64,000 nt of DNA from Caulobacteraceae bacterium (GTDB lineage: Bacteria > Pseudomonadota > Alphaproteobacteria > Caulobacterales > Caulobacteraceae): assembly GCA_965284535.1 (NCBI GenBank), contig OZ260090.1, positions 1,577,916 through 1,641,915 on the forward strand, read 5' to 3'. Positions 57,318-64,000 of the stretch are shown piece after piece (the stretch's first letter is position 1; the number at the start of each line of letters is the position of its first letter). A program made the position numbers and the translations under genes. Below the pieces are notes generated by a model. The model was not told where the DNA came from. It did not search any database and was given only the letters and a program-made list of their open reading frames with translations.

Positions 57318-58511
57318 TCAGCCGGGGACCACACGAACCTTCGACGCCGCCTCGCGGGCCCGCTCGCGCGCCTGATCCACGGTTTCGCCGCGTGCGGTGG
57401 CCACGCCCATGCGGCGGCTGACATAGCTCTCGGGCTTGCCGAACAGGCGCAGGTCGGCGGTGGGCACGGACAGGGCCTCGGCCACCCCTTCGAAGGCGAC
57501 CCCGACGGCGTCCATGCCGCCGTAGATGACCGCGCTGGCACCGATGTCGCGCTGGCTGACATCGACCGGCAGGCCGAGGATGGCCCGGGCGTGCAGGGCG
57601 AACTCACTCATCGTCTGGGTGGCCAGGGTGACCAGCCCGGTGTCATGCGGGCGCGGCGAGACCTCCGAGAACCAGACCTGGTCGCCCTTCACGAACAGCT
57701 CGACCCCGAAGACGCCGAGACCGCCCAGCGCGTCAGTGACCTTTCGGGCGATATCCTGCGACGCGGCCAAGGCGGCGGCAGACATGGCCTGCGGCTGCCA
57801 GCTCTCGACATAGTCGCCCTTGACCTGACGGTGGCCGATGGGGGCGCAGAAGTCGGTGCGGACGGTGCCGTCCTGAATCGAGCGCACGGTCAGCAGGGTG
57901 ATTTCGAAGTCGAAATCGATCCGGCCCTCGACGATCACCGTCGCAGTCTCGACCCGTCCCCCGGACTGGGCGTAGGCCCAGGCGTTCGCGGCGTCCTCGA
58001 TGGCGTCGATCATCGACTGGCCCTTCCCGGACGAGGACATCACCGGCTTGATGAAGACCGGCAGGCCGATCCGATGCGCGGCCCCGGCCAGTTCGGCGGC
58101 CGATCTGGCGAAGGCATAGGGGCTGGTCGGCAGGCCCAGATCCTCGGCCGCCAGCCGGCGGATGCCCTCGCGGTTCATGGTCAGCTGGGTCGCCCGCGCG
58201 GTGGGGATGACCGTCGCCAGTCCGGCCGCCTCGATCTGCGCCAGCACATCGGTGGCGATGGCCTCGATCTCCGGCACGATGATGTGCGGGGCCTCGGCCA
58301 TGATGACGCCGTTCAGCACCTGCGGATCGGTCATCGGGATGACGTGGCTGCGGTGCGCAACCTGCATGGCCGGGGCGTTGGGATAGCGGTCGACGGCGAT
58401 GACCTCCGCGCCCAGTCGCTGCAGTTCGATGGCGACTTCCTTGCCCAGTTCGCCGGCGCCCAGAAGCATGACGCGGACAGCGGTGTCGGAGAGGGGAGTG
58501 CCGAGTTTCAT
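57318..58511 (-). CDS. purT: Formate-dependent phosphoribosylglycinamide formyltransferase
   Basis: [55 protein letters not shown]. Confidence 0.97.
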   Translation of the reverse strand: MKLGTPLSDTAVRVMLLGAGELGKEVAIELQRLGAEVIAVDRYPNAPAMQVAHRSHVIPMTDPQVLNGVIMAEAPHIIVPEIEAIATDVLAQIEAAGLATVIPTARATQLTMNREGIRRLAAEDLGLPTSPYAFARSAAELAGAAHRIGLPVFIKPVMSSSGKGQSMIDAIEDAANAWAYAQSGGRVETATVIVEGRIDFDFEITLLTVRSIQDGTVRTDFCAPIGHRQVKGDYVESWQPQAMSAAALAASQDIARKVTDALGGLGVFGVELFVKGDQVWFSEVSPRPHDTGLVTLATQTMSEFALHARAILGLPVDVSQRDIGASAVIYGGMDAVGVAFEGVAEALSVPTADLRLFGKPESYVSRRMGVATARGETVDQARERAREAASKVRVVPG

Positions 58512-58515
58512 GATT

Positions 58516-60510
58516 CTAGAGCCGCGCCTTTACCGCCGCGAGCACGGCTGCCGTGGTGATCCCGAATTTCTCGTACAGGACCTCGGCCGGGGCGCTCGCC
58601 CCGAAACCGGTCATGCCGACGAAGCCTCCGTCCTCGCCGATGAACCGTTCCCAGCCTTGCTGGATGGCGGCCTCGACGGCGACGCGGACCGTGCCCCGGC
58701 CGATGACCGAGGCCTGGTATTTCGCATCCTGCTGGAAGAAAAGTTCGAAACAGGGGACCGAGACGACGCGCGTCGGCGTGCCTTCGGCCTCCAGAGCGTC
58801 GGCGGCGGCCAGGGCCAGCGCCAGCTCGGTGCCGGTTCCGAACAGGGTGACTTTCGCTTCCCCCTTGGCGGCGCGGATTTCATAGGCGCCCCGGGCCGAC
58901 AGGTTGGCGTCCGAGGCGACCGTGCGCACCGCCGGTGTCTTCTGGCGCGACAGGGCCAGGGCCGAGGGCGCCGTCTTGTGCTCCAGCGCCGCCTGCCAGC
59001 ATTCCATCGCCTCGACCGTGTCGGCGGGGCGGAATACCAGCAGGTTCGGGATGGCGCGCAGGGCGGCCAGATGCTCGACCGGCTGGTGCGTCGGGCCGTC
59101 CTCGCCCAGACCGATGCTGTCGTGGGTCAGGACGTGGATCGCCCGCACGCCCATCAGGGCACCGAGACGGATGGCCGGACGGCTGTAGTCCGAGAACACC
59201 ATGAAGGTGCCGCCGTAGGGGATGACCCCGCCGTGCAGGGCCATGCCGTTCATGGCCGCGGCCATGCCAAACTCGCGGATGCCCCAGTTGACGTAGCGAC
59301 CCTCATAGGTCGGCGCGTCGAGGATCGGGGTTCCCTTGACGAAGGTGTTGTTCGACCCGGTCAGGTCCGCCGAGCCGCCGATCAGTTCGGGAACGGCGGC
59401 GAACAGTTCGTCCAGCGCCGCGCCCGACGACTGGCGCGTGGCCTGGGCGGGTCGGGTCTCGACCAGTTCGGCGATCTTCGCATTCAGCTTGTCGAAGGCC
59501 CCGGCGGGCAGATCGCCTTTCATGGCACGGGTGAAGTCCGCCGCCTGGGACGACGCGTTCAGCCGGGCTTCCCAGGCCTTGCGGTGTTTCGCGCCCTGTT
59601 TGCCGACCTTCTTCCACGCCTTGTCGACGGCCTCGGGCAGATCGAAGGGCTCGTGGGTCCAGGACAGGCCCAGACGGGTGGCGGCGATCTCGGCCGCGCC
59701 CAGCGCCGCGCCATGCGTCTTGTGGCTGCCTTCCATGGTGGCGGCACCGCGACCGATTCTGGTCTTGCAGGCGATCAGGGTCGGTTTGTCCTGACGCGTC
59801 GCCCACTGCAGAGCCGACTTGATGGCCTTCATGTCGTGACCGTCGATGGCCTTCACGGCCCAACCGGCGGCCTTGAAGCGCGCCTTCTGGTCGGTGGCGT
59901 CCGAAAGGGACACGGCCCCGTCGATGGTGATGCTGTTGTCGTCCCACAGCACCGTCAGCTTGTTCAGGCGGTAGCGGCCGGCGAGGGCGATGGCTTCCTG
60001 CGACACCCCCTCCATCAGACAGCCGTCCCCGGCGATGACCCAGGTGCGGTGGTCGACCAACTCGCTCCCGTACTTCGCCGCCAGATGGCGTTCGGCCATG
60101 GCGAAGCCGACGGAGTTGGCCAGACCCTGACCCAGAGGGCCGGTGGTGGTCTCGACGCCGGGCATGTGGCCGAACTCGGGGTGACCCGCGGTCTTCGAAC
60201 CCCACTGACGGAAATTCGACAGTTCTTCCTTCGTCGCGGCCTTGTAGCCGGTCAGGTGCAACAGGCTGTAGATCAGCATCGATCCGTGGCCGGCCGACAG
60301 GATGAAGCGGTCGCGATCGGCCCAGTCCGGGCGGCTCGCATCGAACTTCAGGAATTTCGAGAACAACACCGTCGCCACGTCCGCCATACCCATCGGCATG
60401 CCCGGGTGGCCGCTCTTCGCCTTCTCTACACCGTCCATGGACAGTACCCTGATGGCGTCGGCCATCTGCCTGGGAGTGGCCTTTGCGGATACGGTTCGGG
60501 CGTCGGTCAC
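58516..60510 (-). CDS. tkt: Transketolase
   Basis: [46 protein letters not shown]. Confidence 0.98.
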   Translation of the reverse strand: MTDARTVSAKATPRQMADAIRVLSMDGVEKAKSGHPGMPMGMADVATVLFSKFLKFDASRPDWADRDRFILSAGHGSMLIYSLLHLTGYKAATKEELSNFRQWGSKTAGHPEFGHMPGVETTTGPLGQGLANSVGFAMAERHLAAKYGSELVDHRTWVIAGDGCLMEGVSQEAIALAGRYRLNKLTVLWDDNSITIDGAVSLSDATDQKARFKAAGWAVKAIDGHDMKAIKSALQWATRQDKPTLIACKTRIGRGAATMEGSHKTHGAALGAAEIAATRLGLSWTHEPFDLPEAVDKAWKKVGKQGAKHRKAWEARLNASSQAADFTRAMKGDLPAGAFDKLNAKIAELVETRPAQATRQSSGAALDELFAAVPELIGGSADLTGSNNTFVKGTPILDAPTYEGRYVNWGIREFGMAAAMNGMALHGGVIPYGGTFMVFSDYSRPAIRLGALMGVRAIHVLTHDSIGLGEDGPTHQPVEHLAALRAIPNLLVFRPADTVEAMECWQAALEHKTAPSALALSRQKTPAVRTVASDANLSARGAYEIRAAKGEAKVTLFGTGTELALALAAADALEAEGTPTRVVSVPCFELFFQQDAKYQASVIGRGTVRVAVEAAIQQGWERFIGEDGGFVGMTGFGASAPAEVLYEKFGITTAAVLAAVKARL

Positions 60511-60607
60511 GGGGGGACCTTTCGTCGGGAGGCGGAAAAAGGGAGGCGCGCCGCTTTACCCCGACGCGTCGGCGGGTTCTATACGGATTCTGGAGGAAGT
60601 GACCCGA

Positions 60608-60865
60608 ATGGACGCTGCATCGGCCGCAAAGGACCGGGTTGACCGCGCGCTGGCGCTGCTGGAGCGCCGCCTGCTGGACATCAAGAGCCGCGCGGCCGGG
60701 ACCAGCCGCGTACCGGACGACGACCTGTTCGCGCCGGAACCCTCGACCGAGACAGACCGCGCGCGCATCCATGAACTGGAAGCTGCCGGCCGTGACGCCG
60801 CCGAAGCCCTGTCCCACGCCGCCGATGCGATTCGCGACAGCCTGGCCGAACAGGAGGCCCGCTGA
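60608..60865 (+). CDS. zauP: ZapA-associated coiled-coil protein (ZauP-like)
   Basis: Short coiled-coil ORF whose stop overlaps the zapA start. Confidence 0.6.
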   Translation: MDAASAAKDRVDRALALLERRLLDIKSRAAGTSRVPDDDLFAPEPSTETDRARIHELEAAGRDAAEALSHAADAIRDSLAEQEAR

Positions 60866-61173
60866 TGGCGACGGTGACCGTCGAGATCAACGGCCGTCCG
60901 TATGCCGTCGGTTGCGCCGACGGCCAGGAAGAGCGCGTCCGCATCCTGGCCAAACAGTTCGATGGCCACGTCCGTCAGGTTGCGGGCGAGGTCGGCCACG
61001 TCGGTGACATCCGCCTGTTCCTCATGGCCGGCCTGATGCTGGCCGATGAACTGCATGAGGTCCGCCTGGGCAACCCTGTGCCGCCGTCGGCGGGTGCTGC
61101 CTCGACGGATGGCGTGGCCGAGGCGCTGAACGCGGTCGCCGCCCGCCTCGAGAAAATCGCCCAGGGACTGTGA
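60865..61173 (+). CDS. zapA: Cell division protein ZapA
   Basis: VTVEINGRPYAVGCADGQEERV...RLFLMAGLMLADEL. Confidence 0.93.
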   Translation: MATVTVEINGRPYAVGCADGQEERVRILAKQFDGHVRQVAGEVGHVGDIRLFLMAGLMLADELHEVRLGNPVPPSAGAASTDGVAEALNAVAARLEKIAQGL

Positions 61174-61221
61174 CCGCCCGCCGCAGGCGAGCCGGCTTGA
61201 CCTGAGATCTTTTTGATCTGA

Positions 61222-61243
61222 TATTTCTGTCATGACAGAAATA
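61222..61243. promoter_or_regulatory. Perfect 22-bp palindrome centred on the GbsR start codon; probable auto-operator
   Basis: tatttctgtca|tgacagaaata. Confidence 0.7.
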
Positions 61244-61774
61244 ACGAAACTCCCTGTCGCCCTCGAACGCTTCGTCCTGCACTGGGGCGAGATGGGCGGC
61301 TTCTGGGGGGTCAACCGGTCCGTCGCCCAGATCCACGCCCTTCTGCTGACCGCCGAGACGCCGATGACGGCGGAGGAGATCGCCGGGTCGCTGGAGATGG
61401 CGCGCTCGAACGTGTCGAACTCGCTCAAGGAACTGCAGAACTGGACCTTGATCCGGCGCGTACCGATCCGGGGCGATCGCCGCGACCACTATGAGGCCGA
61501 GACCGATGTCTGGGAGGTCGCCTCGCGGATCGCCGCCGGCCGCAAGGCCAAGGAGATCGACCCGGCGCTGATCACCCTGCGCGCCTGTGTCGCCGAGGCG
61601 GAAGTGGATCCAACCGTCTCCCCCACGGCGCTGAAGCGGTTGAAGGAGATGCTGGAGTTCACCGAGACGATCGACCGCTGGTACGATCAGATTACGACAG
61701 TGGCGCGGCCCAAGCTGATGGTGTTGCTGAAACTGGGTGCCCGCATCGCGGCCCTCATTCCCGCCGGGAAATAG
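61232..61774 (+). CDS. GbsR/MarR family transcriptional regulator
   Basis: FVLHWGEMGGFWGVNRSVAQIHALL, ARSNVSNSLKELQNW, GDRRDHY. Confidence 0.93.
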   Translation: MTEITKLPVALERFVLHWGEMGGFWGVNRSVAQIHALLLTAETPMTAEEIAGSLEMARSNVSNSLKELQNWTLIRRVPIRGDRRDHYEAETDVWEVASRIAAGRKAKEIDPALITLRACVAEAEVDPTVSPTALKRLKEMLEFTETIDRWYDQITTVARPKLMVLLKLGARIAALIPAGK

Positions 61775-61789
61775 CGAAGGGAAGGCGCC

Positions 61790-62458
61790 ATGGGTGCTGC
61801 GGCCGCGATCACGAGGCCCCCTGGACCGGCCCCCGCCCGACCGGTCCCCGCCGCCGATCTCGCCGACCTGCGTTTCCGGGCCCTGCTGACCCCCGGGGCC
61901 TGGGCGACCCTGCCGCCCGCCGTGCGCCGCCGGTTCTCGAAACGCCTGACCGGTGGAGCGACGGTGACCTATTGCGGCGAAGTGACGGCTGTGCGGGCCA
62001 ATACCGCGGGCCGACTGCTGGCCTGGGCGGCGCGGCTGATCGGCGGTCCCCTGCCGCTGGTGTTCCAGCCCGGTGCGGCCGTCGTGACCGTCACCGAGGA
62101 CCATGTCGGACAGGGCCAGGTCTGGACCCGTCTCTATGCCCGCCGCACCGGCTTTCCACAGGTCATCCATTCCGCCAAACGCTTCGCCGGCCCGACCGGA
62201 CTGGAGGAATATGTCGGCGCGGGTTTCGGCATGGCCCTGACCGTGGCCGTCGAGGACGAGGCCCTGGTGTTTCGCAGTGCCTTCTATTTTCTCACCGTGC
62301 GGGGCCTTCGGCTGCGCCTGCCTTGCTGGGCCGAGCCGGGTCGGCTGACCATTGTTCACCGCGACCTCGGTGAGGGCACCTTCGCCTTCAGCCTGGCCCT
62401 CGATCATCCGTGGCTGGGCCGGCTGATGGGTCAGGACGCGATCTTCGGGGACGCCTGA
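61790..62458 (+). CDS. DUF4166 domain-containing protein
   Basis: WATLPPAVRRRF, WTRLY, LEEYVGAGFGMALTV, FSLALDHPWLG. Confidence 0.85.
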   Translation: MGAAAAITRPPGPAPARPVPAADLADLRFRALLTPGAWATLPPAVRRRFSKRLTGGATVTYCGEVTAVRANTAGRLLAWAARLIGGPLPLVFQPGAAVVTVTEDHVGQGQVWTRLYARRTGFPQVIHSAKRFAGPTGLEEYVGAGFGMALTVAVEDEALVFRSAFYFLTVRGLRLRLPCWAEPGRLTIVHRDLGEGTFAFSLALDHPWLGRLMGQDAIFGDA

Positions 62459-62523
62459 CAATGGGGCGATGAAGGCTTCCGCCGGGCCTCTGGCGCAAGC
62501 GCTCGCAAACGACTATCTTGCTC

Positions 62524-62692
62524 GGCGGCGGGTCCTGCTGCGGCTCTCGTCGAAGGCAACATTTCCTTGCGACCTTAATTCACTCAAAGGGATCTGTCCC
62601 TGTTTGGGCTCGAGGGCCCGGGCACACGGAGCCCACCTGGCTACCCAGGTCGAGAGGATTTAAACGCCCTTCACGGTTCTTGCGGCGCCGCC
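62524..62692 (+). ncRNA. ssrS: 6S RNA (ends approximate)
   Basis: Between zapA and ygfA as in many proteobacteria; ggcggcg/cgccgcc termini; internal aaagggatctgtccctg...cccgggcacacggagcccacc resembles alphaproteobacterial 6S. Confidence 0.65.
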
Positions 62693-62750
62693 AACCTTTC
62701 TCCCTTTTGCGCTATCCGGCTAGTGGAGCCTCGCCGCCTGGGCGCGGGCG

Positions 62751-62802
62751 TCTCCTCCCCGCGTGTGGGGAGGGGGACCATCGGAAGGATGGTGGAGGGG
62801 CG
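62751..62802. repeat. Family A palindromic repeat between ssrS and ygfA
   Basis: Reverse complement cgcccctccacca...ggtccccctcccca...ggggaggaga closely matches the 27058 copy. Confidence 0.78.
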
Positions 62803-62848
62803 AAACGGCGTGCTCGCTGCCCTTGTTTCAATAGGCTAGGTCTCTCCC

Positions 62849-63394
62849 ATGACCGACAAGCATCAGCTTCGGGCCGCCATGCGGGCCACGCGCAAGCGTC
62901 TGGCAGGGCTGGACGCGAGCGCGGCCGAACGCGCGGCGGATCAGGCTGGTGCCCTGCCGCCGGGGCGAATCGTCGCCGTCTATCGCGCCATCGGTTCCGA
63001 ACTGGATGCCGACGCCCTGTCGCTGGCGCTCAGCCGCGCCGACCGGGATTTGTGTCTGCCCGTGGTTGTCGAACGCGATGCGCCCATGATCTTCCGTCGC
63101 TGGTCGCCGGGCGAGCCCCTGGAACTCGACGAGGCCGGCGTCCCCGCGCCCTTTCCGCTCGCCGGGACGGTCGAGCCCGACCTGATCCTGACCCCGCTTC
63201 TGGCCTTCGACGCTCATGGCGGACGGCTGGGGCAGGGCGGCGGCTACTACGACCGGACCTTCGCGGCCCGGCCCGAGGTGACCCGGATCGGCTTCGCCTA
63301 TGCGGGTCAGGAGGTCGATGACCTGCCGGTCGAGCCCCATGACATCCGCCTGCATGGCGTTCTGACCGAGACCGGCTATAGACCCTTCGCATGA
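62849..63394 (+). CDS. ygfA: 5-formyltetrahydrofolate cyclo-ligase
   Basis: DKHQLRAAM, PDLILTPLLAFD, RLGQGGGYYDRT, PHDIRLHGVLTE. Confidence 0.95.
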   Translation: MTDKHQLRAAMRATRKRLAGLDASAAERAADQAGALPPGRIVAVYRAIGSELDADALSLALSRADRDLCLPVVVERDAPMIFRRWSPGEPLELDEAGVPAPFPLAGTVEPDLILTPLLAFDAHGGRLGQGGGYYDRTFAARPEVTRIGFAYAGQEVDDLPVEPHDIRLHGVLTETGYRPFA

Positions 63395-64000
63395 GACTGG
63401 CTTTTTTCGGTGATGTCGTCGGCAAGTCCGGCCGGGACGGCCTGAGTGATCACCTGCCCGGCCTGAAGCGCGACCTGAAACTCGACTTCGTGGTGGTCAA
63501 TGCCGAGAACGCCGCGGGCGGGTTCGGCATCACCGAGAACACCGCGCGCGAACTGTTCATGGCCGGCGCAGACTGTCTGACCCTGGGCAATCACAGCTGG
63601 GACCAGCGCGAGGCCCTGACCTACATCGTGCGCGAGCCGCGCCTGATCCGCCCCGCCAACTATCCGCGCCTGATGGACGCGCCGGGAGCGGGGGCCAATC
63701 TGTTCGAGACCCAGAGCGGCAAGACCGTCCTGGTCATGAATGTGCTGGGCCGCATCCACATGGACCCGATGGACTGCCCGTTCAGCGCGGTCGAGAAGGA
63801 ACTGGCCGCCTGTCCGATGGGTGCCGTGGCCGACGCGATCATCGTCGACATGCATTGCGAAGCCACGTCCGAGAAAATGGCCATGGGCCATTTCTGTGAT
63901 GGCCGCGCCTCTCTGGTCGTTGGCACCCACACCCACGTCCCCACCGCGGACTGCCAGATCCTGCCCGGCGGCACGGCCTATCAGACTGACGCCGGCGGCT
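63391..64000 (+). CDS. ymdB: YmdB-like metallophosphoesterase (TIGR00282), runs off the window end
   Basis: Not in the ORF track; MRLAFFGDVVGKSGR...VNAENAAGGFG...TLGNHSWD...DMHCEATSEK...GTHTHVPTAD; ATGA overlap with ygfA. Confidence 0.93.
   Translation, partial: MRLAFFGDVVGKSGRDGLSDHLPGLKRDLKLDFVVVNAENAAGGFGITENTARELFMAGADCLTLGNHSWDQREALTYIVREPRLIRPANYPRLMDAPGAGANLFETQSGKTVLVMNVLGRIHMDPMDCPFSAVEKELAACPMGAVADAIIVDMHCEATSEKMAMGHFCDGRASLVVGTHTHVPTADCQILPGGTAYQTDAGG

Noticed and set aside
60302-60607. Long N-terminal extension of the zauP ORF
   Set aside because: Overlaps the tkt 5' end on the opposite strand; ATG 60608 with GGAGG upstream is the credible start

Overview
High-GC chromosomal segment of a Caulobacteraceae alphaproteobacterium, most like Brevundimonas (inferred from MucR, a Cle-type CheY, ZauP-ZapA, CtrA-like boxes and CIR/REP-like repeats). 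The main element is a near-complete RcGTA/CcGTA-type gene transfer agent head-tail cluster (~17.1-34.7 kb). It runs from small and large terminase through portal, protease, HK97 capsid, neck and tail genes to the g12-g15 baseplate, and has a perfect IHF site in its promoter. The cluster is interrupted by six cargo genes and carries palindromic repeats at gene junctions, some read in frame inside virion genes. Housekeeping genes flank it: cysK (partial), mucR, uup, ycgN, a DnaJ-class chaperone, a divergent serC, purA, kynU, rpoH, rluD, fba/pgk/gap/tkt, purT, zauP-zapA, 6S RNA, ygfA and ymdB (partial). The best unexplained signals are (1) a ~380-nt strand-specific structured RNA candidate with four UUCG and one GAGA tetraloops directly upstream of an NMT1/THI5-like ABC transporter; (2) in-frame palindromic repeat insertions in the GTA capsid, tail chaperone, prohead protease and Uup; (3) an S41 peptidase / two-component / EF-hand / S41 peptidase module inserted between tkt and gap; and (4) a shared 15-bp motif upstream of gap and fba. 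No CRISPR, tRNA, rRNA, transposase or integrase was seen. All family calls come from motif recognition by eye, not database searches.
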